A stretch of DNA of 64,000 bases from a virus. The stretch lies in the IMG/VR virus record IMGVR_UViG_3300027586_000002, positions 32,001-96,000 of that record. The stretch is one strand, 5' to 3'. The position numbers and the translations under genes are program-made. A model generated the notes under the pieces. The model was not told the origin of the DNA. It did no database searches and saw only the letters and a program-made list of their open reading frames with translations. Below are positions 45,907 through 55,507 of the stretch, piece after piece. Numbering within the stretch: position 1 is the stretch's first letter; the number at the start of each line of letters is the position of its first letter.

Positions 45907-46599
45907 GTGAAAACAACTCAACGACAAGATAAGAGGCACAGCAAAAAAAGCAAAGAAAAGGAGTTAATTGCTTTAGAACGAAGGCTTAACAAACTATGGG
46001 AAGCCAAGAGAGCCTATAAGCTTGTCAAGCTGGACAAGCCTATTCCTTGTGGCTGGAGGAGGAAGTTCGCTCTAAGGGAGGACGTTAAAGGTCGGCCGGA
46101 CATCAAAATCATAAGAGAAATACTGGACAGGGTTAATTTAACTGTCTATGCTCGCAATAAGAAGTTTGAACAATACAATTATAAACTAGGCAAGTTTGAA
46201 CCCATGGCACATGGTACAAAATCAATTCCTGAAAACAAGTGGTCATTCCCAGAAAGTTATAAAAGATTTTTTGACTTTCGTGTTAAAGAACATAAAGGAC
46301 ACTTTTGTGTTATTATTGAAAAGGGTTACCATTTTAAGTTCGACTGGATGCTGATTACAAAAACGGAACCACACTTCGCTACTCACGTAATCATCCCTGA
46401 TGGTGAGCTGGAGTCAGAGCTCAAAAAAATCGGCAACAAAATGGATAGGGATATGTTATGGGCCAAACTGGCAAAGATTCATGGACACTCGTTTCATTAT
46501 AAGGATCGTTGGGGTTCTGGTGAAAAAGGCCGTGAAAGCAATGACCGGCATAAAGAGATAAAAGAAGCTCTAATTGAGCGGGATGACGCTTATGAATGA
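45907..46599 (+). CDS. basic hypothetical protein
   Basis: 230-aa ORF (GTG start), 'P..GW.R.F.LR.DV'. Confidence 0.65.
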   Translation: MKTTQRQDKRHSKKSKEKELIALERRLNKLWEAKRAYKLVKLDKPIPCGWRRKFALREDVKGRPDIKIIREILDRVNLTVYARNKKFEQYNYKLGKFEPMAHGTKSIPENKWSFPESYKRFFDFRVKEHKGHFCVIIEKGYHFKFDWMLITKTEPHFATHVIIPDGELESELKKIGNKMDRDMLWAKLAKIHGHSFHYKDRWGSGEKGRESNDRHKEIKEALIERDDAYE

Positions 46600-46717
46600 A
46601 TTATTACTAATTCTCGCAACGCTAGCGAGTATCGTTATGGGGTTGCTATGGATGGATTTGTTGTACGACATTTTCAAAACATGGCAAGGTAAAGATTAAG
46701 CAAAGAAGTTTAATGTT

Positions 46718-46791
46718 TGGCCCTTGGTGTAACGGTAGCACAGAACCCTTTGGAGGTTCTTGTCTAGGTTCAAATCCTGGAGGGCCAGCCA
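46718..46791 (+). tRNA. tRNA-Gln(TTG)
   Basis: TGGCCCT/AGGGCCA-G-CCA, GAACC-CTTTGGA-GGTTC. Confidence 0.95.
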
Positions 46792-46794
46792 AAT

Positions 46795-46867
46795 TGAGGA
46801 CTGGTGTAATTGGTAGCACAGCTGCCTCTGGAGCAGTTAGTTGTAGGTTCGAGTCCTACGTCCTCAG
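46795..46867 (+). tRNA. tRNA-Gln(CTG)
   Basis: TGAGGAC/GTCCTCA-G, GCTGC-CTCTGGA-GCAGT. Confidence 0.93.
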
Positions 46868-46877
46868 TCACTCTTTT

Positions 46878-46954
46878 GCTGCCGTAGTTCAATTGGCTAG
46901 AATGGGAGTTTCCTAAACTTCAGGTTGTGGGTTCAAGTCCCACCGGCAGCACCA
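46878..46954 (+). tRNA. tRNA-Arg(CCT)
   Basis: GCTGCCG/CGGCAGC, GGAGT-TTCCTAA-ACTTC, CCA. Confidence 0.93.
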
Positions 46955-46961
46955 ATTCTTT

Positions 46962-47165
46962 ATGACACAGCAAGAAACATGCAAGAAGTGTGGGCAGGCG
47001 ATGGTAAAGAGAAAACATACCAGGACAGGAGCTATCTTCTGGGTATGCACAAGATGGCCTATCTGTAAAAGATCAGGCAAACCATTTGTAGACCCAGCAA
47101 CAGGCGTAAGAGTTGTCTCCTGGGCTGAAAGAATTGACAAAGGTATAAGAACCATTCAAATTTAA
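46962..47165 (+). CDS. topoisomerase-type C4 zinc-ribbon protein ending RTIQI
   Basis: CKKCG..MVKR...G..FWVCT.WP.C. Confidence 0.7.
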   Translation: MTQQETCKKCGQAMVKRKHTRTGAIFWVCTRWPICKRSGKPFVDPATGVRVVSWAERIDKGIRTIQI

Positions 47166-47185
47166 CTGGTAGAAGAGAAGGGCAT

Positions 47186-47776
47186 ATGAATCGCAGTATA
47201 CTTGATGAACAGGTGTTGGTTTTAAACAAAGCATGGCAGGCCATTAATGTAAGGTCAGTTGAAAAAGTGATGAAGATTCTCATGACTGGTAGAGCGGTGG
47301 CGTTAAACCCATCTGATACAGAACCAGGAATGTTCGATCCTTTGCCTTGGCTAGAGTGGTTGGAGCTTACTTTAAAGCCAACAGACAAAGTTATCCGCAC
47401 CGCTAAGAGAAAAATTAAGGTGCCGGACACAATTGCTGTGATCAACTACAATAAATTGCCAAAAAGACCTCAGCGTCTATCACATGCCGCCATCAAATCT
47501 AGAGATGGTTGTGTCTGCCAATATACCGGCAAGTATTGTCCTAATGGCAATGTAGATCATGTTCTGCCAAAGGATAGAGGAGGGCAGGATACCTGGGAGA
47601 ATCTAGTCTGGTGTGACCAGCCGGTTAATGAGTTTAAAGGAAACAAACTGCCTGAAGAATGTGGGCTAAAGCTTATAAGAAAGCCTAAAGCTCCGTTACC
47701 AAAGGTTACTTCTATATCAATTAACGTCCCAGACAGTAAGCCTAATTGGAAATGGTTTATTGAAAAATGCCGTTAA
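47186..47776 (+). CDS. HNH endonuclease (McrA-like)
   Basis: VLVLN, RD...CQY, VDHVLP..RGG..TWENLV.C...N..KGN. Confidence 0.88.
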   Translation: MNRSILDEQVLVLNKAWQAINVRSVEKVMKILMTGRAVALNPSDTEPGMFDPLPWLEWLELTLKPTDKVIRTAKRKIKVPDTIAVINYNKLPKRPQRLSHAAIKSRDGCVCQYTGKYCPNGNVDHVLPKDRGGQDTWENLVWCDQPVNEFKGNKLPEECGLKLIRKPKAPLPKVTSISINVPDSKPNWKWFIEKCR

Positions 47777-48079
47777 TTATAACAGACAATACTATATACT
47801 TTGCTGTTAACTAGCCAAAGTAATACCAACCACATGCCAATAATTGTGACTTCCATAACACGATTAAGTATTCTATCAAATAGGCTCATAGTTTAATTAG
47901 AATACCCGAATTGATAATGGTTGTTTTCAACTTAAAAGATAATACTTCTTACCTAAAAATCAATCAAACAATAAATGTTGTTAACCCTTACTCTTACTGA
48001 CCAATATTCAATATGGTCTGCCACATTTATGGCCATATTATTGGTAATGCTTATAAACAGAAACAAACGTAATTAAACT

Positions 48080-49342
48080 ATGCCTGCTTTTGACGATATC
48101 TACGATGACGGCTACGGCGAGGACGGTGATGAAGAAAAACCAAAAGAGATGACGGAAGAGAATATCTGCCGTGTTTTGAGCGAACATCTCACAAACGATT
48201 TTGTAAGAAAAATACAAAGGCTAAACGAGTTCGAGTTGTTCCTGACACTTGAAAGGTGCAACTCCCTTGTGGACGCGGTGGACAATATAAAAGGACTAAA
48301 AAATTATCCCATGCGTCTGCTAGGGCTGGGCTGTCCTATAAATCATTATGACGAAGTAGATTTTGCGACGAACGCTAAGGATAAAGCAAAACGCCGAAGC
48401 ATACAGTCAAGGGCTTTGGTATTGGGGACAATGACAATAGCACTTATAAGTGTTAGAAGGTTTGGTGTAAATTTACCACCCTTTCATAAGGTAGCCAAAA
48501 TGAACCCAGATAAGGCACAGGCCGCCGAAGTTGATGTTCATGATTGGGTGCGCTGGTGGAGAAGATGGTATTACTCTCAGCCAGCTTCGCTGAGGGATGA
48601 GCTTTTGAAGATGTTCGCCGACAGGCAAAATACCGAAGACTGGCTTCCTCTAGAAACATGGGCAGAGCGTAAAGCTATTTACGAAGAGGAAGAAGAGGAC
48701 AGCAAGTTAATACAAATAAGTCTTCTCGCCGGCGACTGGGACAAAAAAGATAGTGTCGCCGAGCGTCTGAAAAAAATACAAGCAGTCATAGGCAAATGGA
48801 CAATGAACGCGGTTGATGCAATGACTGAGCTTGAATTGTTTACATTTATTGAAACGACTGGCTCCGCCACCGCTAAAACAAGATTAGCCTTGGTAATCGG
48901 TGACCGCATTGGTGGGGAATTAGGCGCGGATATGTCCACGCTGGGGAATAGAGCAGAAGTACAAAGATATGAGGCCATGCTCGCATATGGTTATCATAAA
49001 TGTAAGGAGTTTGGGCTTGAAGGAGATGCTGTGATTGATTCGGCAGCTCCTAAAATAAGTCACCAAATACAAGCTTGGCTTGAATGGTGGACTAAATGGA
49101 TCAAAGGACTCGACTCCGCAACAACTCAAAAACTATTGTCGCAATTGGTAGTCCACGATGAGATCAAAGATGTGGAATTACCGGCCCCAGGAGAATGGCG
49201 TAAGAGTTACGACCCTAATGAAAAGAGGGACATAAAAAACGCTATGGACATGTTTGAAAATCTGGACATGAACGTAGTAAGAATGCCAAAAGACCAGTTC
49301 GGCGGGTCACAAGGAAGTTTTGGTGACTTCCTTGGATTGTAA
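48080..49342 (+). CDS. protein with two copies of a W-x2-WW-x2-W domain
   Basis: WVRWWRRW and WLEWWTKW repeats. Confidence 0.7.
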   Translation: MPAFDDIYDDGYGEDGDEEKPKEMTEENICRVLSEHLTNDFVRKIQRLNEFELFLTLERCNSLVDAVDNIKGLKNYPMRLLGLGCPINHYDEVDFATNAKDKAKRRSIQSRALVLGTMTIALISVRRFGVNLPPFHKVAKMNPDKAQAAEVDVHDWVRWWRRWYYSQPASLRDELLKMFADRQNTEDWLPLETWAERKAIYEEEEEDSKLIQISLLAGDWDKKDSVAERLKKIQAVIGKWTMNAVDAMTELELFTFIETTGSATAKTRLALVIGDRIGGELGADMSTLGNRAEVQRYEAMLAYGYHKCKEFGLEGDAVIDSAAPKISHQIQAWLEWWTKWIKGLDSATTQKLLSQLVVHDEIKDVELPAPGEWRKSYDPNEKRDIKNAMDMFENLDMNVVRMPKDQFGGSQGSFGDFLGL

Positions 49343-49587
49343 TTACATAATTAATGGCGGCTGGTTTAATTTTATTCCAGCCGCCTAACTCATTGTTAAT
49401 TTTTGTAACTCTTATGATCAACTGGACTACATTAGAAGAAAAGAAGAAACAAGAAAAAATTATCAAAAATAGCACATTAATATTAAATTTTTGGCCGGTA
49501 TATTTTTGGATATTTTTTGAAGTAAGTAATTACATTATTGGGGTGGTCCTAAAACTGTGGTTGTCTCCTAGTACTCATTAAATCATT

Positions 49588-50022
49588 ATGAAAAAAAACA
49601 AGTTAGTTGTTGGTTCAATAATTGCTGGTTGCTTGGTTGTAGCCTTGACAGCGTGCACATCAGCTTCAAAAAAGCCCGCGCGAGGGTTGTCATTTCTTCC
49701 TCCTGAAGATGAATACGCAGTTAGTGGGCGGGTGCTTTCCAAGTCCCAAATATATACTGACTGGTCTCGTCAGCTTCAGAAAACAAATCCTAAATTATAC
49801 ACGGCGGTGGAAGGGGCGATAGAACTGTCCAAGAACGAGCGCTCCACCGTACACGTTAACAGAACAAGTTCGGGGAATTACTATCTCACAGTGTTTGCCA
49901 GCTATGGAGCGGAAAACATAATGATGGTTGAGAACAATGAAATAATATTCAATCATTACGACCGCCGCGATGGCCCAACCGTTGAGGCAACAGTGATTGA
50001 TCACTTGAAACAGGGCAATTAA
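49588..50022 (+). CDS. lipoprotein
   Basis: MKKNK + hydrophobic core + LTA/C lipobox. Confidence 0.7.
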   Translation: MKKNKLVVGSIIAGCLVVALTACTSASKKPARGLSFLPPEDEYAVSGRVLSKSQIYTDWSRQLQKTNPKLYTAVEGAIELSKNERSTVHVNRTSSGNYYLTVFASYGAENIMMVENNEIIFNHYDRRDGPTVEATVIDHLKQGN

Positions 50023-50073
50023 TCAAACACTAGGTGGGCTTGAGTAATATTGAGCCCACCTAGTACCATTGTT

Positions 50074-50418
50074 ATGAAAATAATAGGTTACTTAGCGCGA
50101 GGCGCTGCCGAAGTGACTGATGATATATTTGTTTATAGTAAAAACAATCAGTCATTTATAACTTTACAACAACATATAAATGTACTTGCACAAAATGCAA
50201 GTATGAAACAATTGCCAATAAATACGGTGGCAGTTCTTGAAGATGACTGCGGAAATCGCAAGGCTGTATGGCGCAAGAAGCACAGCTTCATAACCGGCAC
50301 ACATATTAAGTTTACTCTGGCCAAGTTGCCAAGAGTTATAAACGTCAATGGTATTGCCGGAAGAAAAGGAGACGCCGGTGAGTGGCTTGTATATGAGCAC
50401 CAACCAGCAATATTATGA
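50074..50418 (+). CDS. hypothetical protein
   Basis: ATG 50074 after hairpin. Confidence 0.5.
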   Translation: MKIIGYLARGAAEVTDDIFVYSKNNQSFITLQQHINVLAQNASMKQLPINTVAVLEDDCGNRKAVWRKKHSFITGTHIKFTLAKLPRVINVNGIAGRKGDAGEWLVYEHQPAIL

Positions 50419-50924
50419 GTTATGCAGATGAAGAACTAATAATGACCGCCCGGGTCGCGGCCCATGAAGTTAATGATCAGTCGGCCACCATTATGGAAAA
50501 AGGAACAGAACTGGCGCTGTTCCTTGAAATACGCAAATGGTGTATTATGCTGGGCACCATAAAACAAAACCTTGGAATGGCTATAATTTATAAGCCTTCT
50601 TTAGCTGAAATAGATGAAGATGTAGAAAAGCAGCTGGCTGGGGCTGAAATTCTGATCGGCTACGGCATAATTAAAAGTTGTAGATTTGGTGTAAAAAGAA
50701 ACACCAAAGATCTAACGGTCGATAAATGGTATTCATTTTGGAATGGCTGGTGGGTCGATCTCAATAACAAAGAACGGGAGGAGATCACTAACGAAGGCGA
50801 ATTCGATTACGACTTGGCTGCCAGATTAGCTCCTTCCATATCATGGACGGAAATAGTACAACCACTTGGGTTTAAAATAGATCCTGAGGCAGACATTATG
50901 TCATCTGAAATGCCTACCGATTAA
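50415..50924 (+). CDS. Trp-motif paralogue
   Basis: TEL.LF, RFGV, WYSFWNGW. Confidence 0.65.
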   Translation: MSYADEELIMTARVAAHEVNDQSATIMEKGTELALFLEIRKWCIMLGTIKQNLGMAIIYKPSLAEIDEDVEKQLAGAEILIGYGIIKSCRFGVKRNTKDLTVDKWYSFWNGWWVDLNNKEREEITNEGEFDYDLAARLAPSISWTEIVQPLGFKIDPEADIMSSEMPTD

Positions 50925-50928
50925 TAAT

Positions 50929-51516
50929 ATGGATAAAGAATTTTCTGATGCTGAGCTTAAGAAAATGCTCCAGCAATTGAAGCAAGCTACAAGTAATAAC
51001 TCAGAAGTTATCCGGGCAAATACCGTCCTTGAGGCCAAAAATAATCTAAGCCGGCTGCTTGGTAATGAAACAATTCAGTTTGTTGAGGGTATGAGCCAAC
51101 TAAAGCTGTTTCATTTCATAAAAGAGCAGGCCATACTTATATCTAAAATCTCAAAACATTTTGAGGTCAAAGACATGAGTAAAATCGCTGAAGAAATAAA
51201 GGACAAGGATGCATTGTTAGACTATTTCATGGCTAAAACTTGCATTAAACTTGGACTGATAATCGTCTCACTTCGTTATAACGTAAAGTTATTAACTCCA
51301 AATGAGGAAATCTTTGGAGTTGAAAAGAGTGAAGATTTTCGCCGCTGGCTTTGCTGGTGGGAAGAATGGGAAAAACATATGAGCATTGACCGGCTCCTTG
51401 TTAATTATATGGCAGCCAATATAGAATGCGGCTTTGATACTGAAATACATCCTCCAGGTAAATGGCAGGATATAAGTATAGAAAAAGCAAAAAAACTTGT
51501 AACAATGTTTGGATAA
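50929..51516 (+). CDS. Trp-motif paralogue
   Basis: SQL.LF, RYNV, WLCWWEEW, PPGKW. Confidence 0.65.
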   Translation: MDKEFSDAELKKMLQQLKQATSNNSEVIRANTVLEAKNNLSRLLGNETIQFVEGMSQLKLFHFIKEQAILISKISKHFEVKDMSKIAEEIKDKDALLDYFMAKTCIKLGLIIVSLRYNVKLLTPNEEIFGVEKSEDFRRWLCWWEEWEKHMSIDRLLVNYMAANIECGFDTEIHPPGKWQDISIEKAKKLVTMFG

Positions 51517-51537
51517 CCACTTAGCCACTTAACCACT

Positions 51538-51786
51538 ATGAAAAAATACTTAATTTTAATACCTAGTCTGCTGTTAATTAGCAGTTGCAAAACAAAATCA
51601 ACGGTACCAACAGCCCGGCCAATGATGATAGCAAAGCCTGCTGCTTACCAAGATTTTAGAAATCTAACCTATTGTCCGGCATCGATGGACAAGTTTCACT
51701 ACGAGATGGCTACAAAACGGCTTCTTGAAGATAACAATGCACTAGAGAACAATTCTTCAGTTCTTGATGCGTTAAAAAACAAATAA
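51538..51786 (+). CDS. small lipoprotein
   Basis: MKKY...LISS/C lipobox. Confidence 0.6.
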   Translation: MKKYLILIPSLLLISSCKTKSTVPTARPMMIAKPAAYQDFRNLTYCPASMDKFHYEMATKRLLEDNNALENNSSVLDALKNK

Positions 51787-51803
51787 CAACAAATTGTAAT
51801 TCT

Positions 51804-51850
51804 GGCTGGGCTGTTGTTAATCATAAGGTTGATGACAGCTCAGCTCTTTT
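51804..51850 (+). terminator. intrinsic terminator
   Basis: GGCTGGGCTGTTGTTAATC-ATAA-GGTTGATGACAGCTCAGCT-CTTTT. Confidence 0.6.
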
Positions 51851-52085
51851 AAAAGTGGAAAACTTAATTATTGATAGGCAATTAGGCTTAACTTACACCG
51901 CTCCAGCTAAGATGTATATAAAAGAGATATTGTTTATCAAACTCAAGCATAGAATGGAATACTTCTTTAAATTCCAAATACCAGCCGGCGGTCGCCGTCG
52001 GCGGTAAGAATGAATCTTAATTAAGAAACAAAAAAATGAAATCATATAACGAATTCTTAAGTAAAATTGATAATGTAATGATGCA

Positions 52086-52302
52086 GAGGTACTAGCAATG
52101 CAAGTGCCTCACTAAGGGTAGCAACAAGCTGGTTTAATTTCCGCAACGGTGCGGCATATAAATACCGAGAAACTCAGAGCAGTTGGAAGCTGATAATTCG
52201 ACTCTGGGTGGAATGTACGAAAGCTTCCTTTGACGTTTATCTCCGCAGGCGTGGTAACGTTGAGGTAGGGACAATAGTGCGCACAAATCCCTACACTATC
52301 TC
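52086..52302 (+). ncRNA. putative structured ncRNA (multi-hairpin, possible 3' pseudoknot or switch)
   Basis: Six or more stems in a GC-richer intergenic stretch. Confidence 0.55.
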
Positions 52303-52316
52303 TAATATGTCTTTTT

Positions 52317-52817
52317 ATGTATGTAGATCATTTAGCAGAATACAATATATTACAGACCCTGTTGCACAAATTACCCAAGGTAGATCCTCTTAAGACAGTT
52401 GTCTTAAATGTTTCGCCTGATTATTCTTCTACGGTCGCTATGCAAATAGCACACTATCTTTCTGATAAAGGTCATATGTTAGATATAATATCTGTAGATG
52501 TACCGTATCCCGGAGAGAGTAAAGATTTATATGTAGAGGCTTTTGAAAAGATAAGTTTAGAATTAATTGATAAGTATAGTAAGATAATCTTATGCGAAGC
52601 TGCTGTGTTATCAGGTAAAAATTATACCTGGCTGAAGGATATACTCTTAACTAGAGGCTATAGCGATAACAACATCATCCCAGTCGCTCTACTAGAAATG
52701 TATAGTAGTACATTTAAGTCAACTTTTGTTGGTGAGTATATTGAGGATATGCCAGAGTTTTACTGGGAGAGATATAATAAAGCTTGGGACTCAACGGACC
52801 CTCATAGCTATATCTAG
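52317..52817 (+). CDS. type I phosphoribosyltransferase-like protein
   Basis: IILCEAAVLSGKNY resembles PRPP loop; F.WE tail. Confidence 0.55.
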   Translation: MYVDHLAEYNILQTLLHKLPKVDPLKTVVLNVSPDYSSTVAMQIAHYLSDKGHMLDIISVDVPYPGESKDLYVEAFEKISLELIDKYSKIILCEAAVLSGKNYTWLKDILLTRGYSDNNIIPVALLEMYSSTFKSTFVGEYIEDMPEFYWERYNKAWDSTDPHSYI

Positions 52818-52947
52818 TATGCCTCGCTATACGGGCTGCCCCACTTCCCCTCGAGCCTATCTAAGGTGCTCCACCCAGCGAGTATAATTTGATTTCAGAC
52901 ATAACTTAATCCCCCAACCTATATATCTCTCTCTACTTAACTAACTT

Positions 52948-53250
52948 ATGGGCAAATACATAGATTATATTAAATTCGAAGGAAAGTTTATAGCGCTTGA
53001 ACCTCAGCGCAAAGCAGAAAAGTTAATTCTACATGCCAATGCTATACTTTGCGACAAGCCTGATTCAATAGCCTCTGTTCCTGAAGATAAGGCTATAGTT
53101 TGTGTTGTTAAGAACGCTTTTTTTGATGCAGCGGCTTTTGTCTATGATGAGGCTCAGCTAAGAGCGTTTACCCGACCTAACGACTATAGAGTTAAAACAT
53201 GGCTTACTATGGACAAGGGAGATGTCCAGCAGCTAATAAATATAAATTAA
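52948..53250 (+). CDS. hypothetical protein
   Basis: CVV.N..FDAA....D..R...WL; terminator 53257-53289. Confidence 0.6.
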   Translation: MGKYIDYIKFEGKFIALEPQRKAEKLILHANAILCDKPDSIASVPEDKAIVCVVKNAFFDAAAFVYDEAQLRAFTRPNDYRVKTWLTMDKGDVQQLININ

Positions 53251-53404
53251 AGACATAGGCTGGGGAAACCCGGCCTAAGTTCTTTTTTAGTTATTAGATA
53301 TAAATATAACTTGAGCACGATATTATGCTCAAAATAGTTCTTGCGTTATGATGTTAACATGCTAAATTTAGATTGTCGGGTAACAATTAACCAAAAATAT
53401 AAAT

Positions 53405-53905
53405 ATGTCAAATACGTCAAGTCTCCGTAAAGCATCCTCACTACCATCAGCTGCAGGTCGTAGCAAAGCATCAGTAAGATATGATACATCTGATGATGTG
53501 GTAAAGGTTTCAAATGGCACTAACTGGCTTCCTGTTACTTATCATGATATCGCCTTTAACATGCTGGACAATGGTTCTCTAGCTACACAAACATTCTTCA
53601 TTGCTTCCCGAACTCTTGAAGTTGTCTCTGTAAGAGAAGTACATTCAGTTGTTGGATCTGATTCTGGTGCTGTATCTGTTACAGTTACAAAGGATACAGG
53701 AACTAACGCTCCTGGTGCCGGTACTGCTGTGTTGTCTGCGGTGTTGAGCCTTAAGGCCACTGCTAATACAACTCAGTCTGGTGCATTGTCTGCTACTGCT
53801 GCTACATTGAAGCTCGCTGCTGGTAATCGTCTAGCTATTAAGTTTGCTGGAGTTCTTACTGCTGCTGCTGGTGTTACAGTGACAGTTACAGTTAAGGAAA
53901 TCTAA
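53405..53905 (+). CDS. probable virion structural/decoration protein
   Basis: Ala/Thr/Val/Ser-rich beta sandwich-like; strong NNT/NNA codon bias; own promoter and terminator (53925-53961). Confidence 0.55.
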   Translation: MSNTSSLRKASSLPSAAGRSKASVRYDTSDDVVKVSNGTNWLPVTYHDIAFNMLDNGSLATQTFFIASRTLEVVSVREVHSVVGSDSGAVSVTVTKDTGTNAPGAGTAVLSAVLSLKATANTTQSGALSATAATLKLAAGNRLAIKFAGVLTAAAGVTVTVTVKEI

Positions 53906-54043
53906 GATTGTCGGTTGCATATTGCTAAGCCGGGCTATTAACTTAGCTCGGCTTTTGCTTTATACCCTCCCTCCCTGCTCATCGATACTTATTACACCAA
54001 GCACAAGAAGAGGCAGCCTGTGTGGCGCTCTTTTTTTTAGCTA

Positions 54044-54526
54044 TCAGGGTTTCCACTTATTTATAACGTCAGGATCTTTGTAAGCCCTCTTTATAAGTCT
54101 GTTCTCTATGAGAAGACTAGTCTGAGGATCATGTGTATCGTCCAAGGCATGACTAAGCTCATGAGCATAGATACAACCAAATCTAAAATAAGTCCATGGC
54201 TTGTCAGTTATAATAAAGGAATCATCTATAAGTATATAAGTACCTTTGTTCTTACTATAGACTGTCATACCAGAGAACTCTTTAGAGTGCATCCAGAACA
54301 AAGGAATATCTTCGTATCCTGTATACTTAATGTCAGGAGCTAATATATTTATTAAAGCCAGGCTGCGATAAGCCTTGGCAGTTTCCTCCGGAGTAAACGC
54401 TGCAGTAACCTTAATATACCTGTCGCCTAATCCTTGCACATCTAAGTGTTCCTTATATAGATAAGTAGTGCAGTTAGTTACAACCAAACTAACAAGCAAT
54501 ATTATAAATAGGTGGACACGCTTCAT
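54044..54526 (-). CDS. lipoprotein zinc metalloprotease-like
   Basis: VVTN/C lipobox, AHELSH (HExxH). Confidence 0.65.
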   Translation of the reverse strand: MKRVHLFIILLVSLVVTNCTTYLYKEHLDVQGLGDRYIKVTAAFTPEETAKAYRSLALINILAPDIKYTGYEDIPLFWMHSKEFSGMTVYSKNKGTYILIDDSFIITDKPWTYFRFGCIYAHELSHALDDTHDPQTSLLIENRLIKRAYKDPDVINKWKP

Positions 54527-54532
54527 TATAAC

Positions 54533-55483
54533 TTACATAAAAGATGCGGACGGTTTGTTTAAATCTTTAAAATAATTTGTTCTTTGAACATTAATATATG
54601 GCCCACGGTTTATCCAATTAGTTCCATCTTGGGTGTAATGATGGACTGGCTTAGCATAAGGTCGATCAATGTTGCCCATTATTGTGTCTAATCGGCTTGG
54701 TAAATGCCTTTTATTTACCTCTAAAAATGTTTGTCTGATATCTTTGGCATTCTGCCCTTTTCCTTCAGCAAATAAATTAACACTTCCAGGAGGAGTTATA
54801 TTAATATTTGTAGCGTTTGGAAAGTACTTGTGAACTAACTCTGGTGTACATCCTCCACCCAAATTACATGCTCCACTATAAAAGTTATGTATATTATTAG
54901 TAGCAGGTCCTATTTTTTTTGCTATATCTTCAAGATTAAAAAGTGTATCTGGATTTTTAATACTTGAAAGTAAACTACTATTAATTGATTTAGATATTTC
55001 TGGGTCCGGTTGATAATTAAAGTCTCCTACACCGCCACCACCATGAGCATTTACGATCAAACTGTTATTCCCAAGCCCATTATCTATTCTTATATTACTA
55101 GAGTAACTTGGTTGATATTTATTCCAACTATTATAACTTGCATCAGGTATACCATTAAATAACCATTTATTTTTACTTGGGTTGCCCATTGGTTTTAGGA
55201 AATTATCTATTTCATTTATACCTTTGTTTTCGCCGCCGAACCAATTTTTAGCTGTATCTTTTATGTGAGATAATCCATTTTGTACATTTGATATAAAAGA
55301 TGGTCCTGTTTGGATGGGTTTGTCTCTTAATAACCTAGTATCGTTATGCTCAATTTTAAGCCCAGTATTCATCCTCTGCATCATTGCACCAGGAGGTATG
55401 AGAGCTGGCTTTGCTGAAGGTATAGAGTTTATAACTTCATCAGCTCTCTTCTTAAAGCCTCTTATAACAGCTTCTTGGTTCAT
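54533..55483 (-). CDS. tagged protein with caspase-like (clan CD) His/Cys domain
   Basis: MNQEAVIRGFKKRA; LIVNAHGGG...FYSGACN..GC. Confidence 0.6.
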   Translation of the reverse strand: MNQEAVIRGFKKRADEVINSIPSAKPALIPPGAMMQRMNTGLKIEHNDTRLLRDKPIQTGPSFISNVQNGLSHIKDTAKNWFGGENKGINEIDNFLKPMGNPSKNKWLFNGIPDASYNSWNKYQPSYSSNIRIDNGLGNNSLIVNAHGGGGVGDFNYQPDPEISKSINSSLLSSIKNPDTLFNLEDIAKKIGPATNNIHNFYSGACNLGGGCTPELVHKYFPNATNINITPPGSVNLFAEGKGQNAKDIRQTFLEVNKRHLPSRLDTIMGNIDRPYAKPVHHYTQDGTNWINRGPYINVQRTNYFKDLNKPSASFM

Positions 55484-55507
55484 ATTAAAACTGTTTGTAT
55501 ACTGTTA

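Noticed and set aside
45460-46916. ORFs starting in or spanning tRNA genes (45460, 46713; also 29435, 38064, 39199, 40112)
   Set aside because: Overlap well-formed tRNA or tRNA-like cloverleaves; downstream ATGs used instead or ORF dropped
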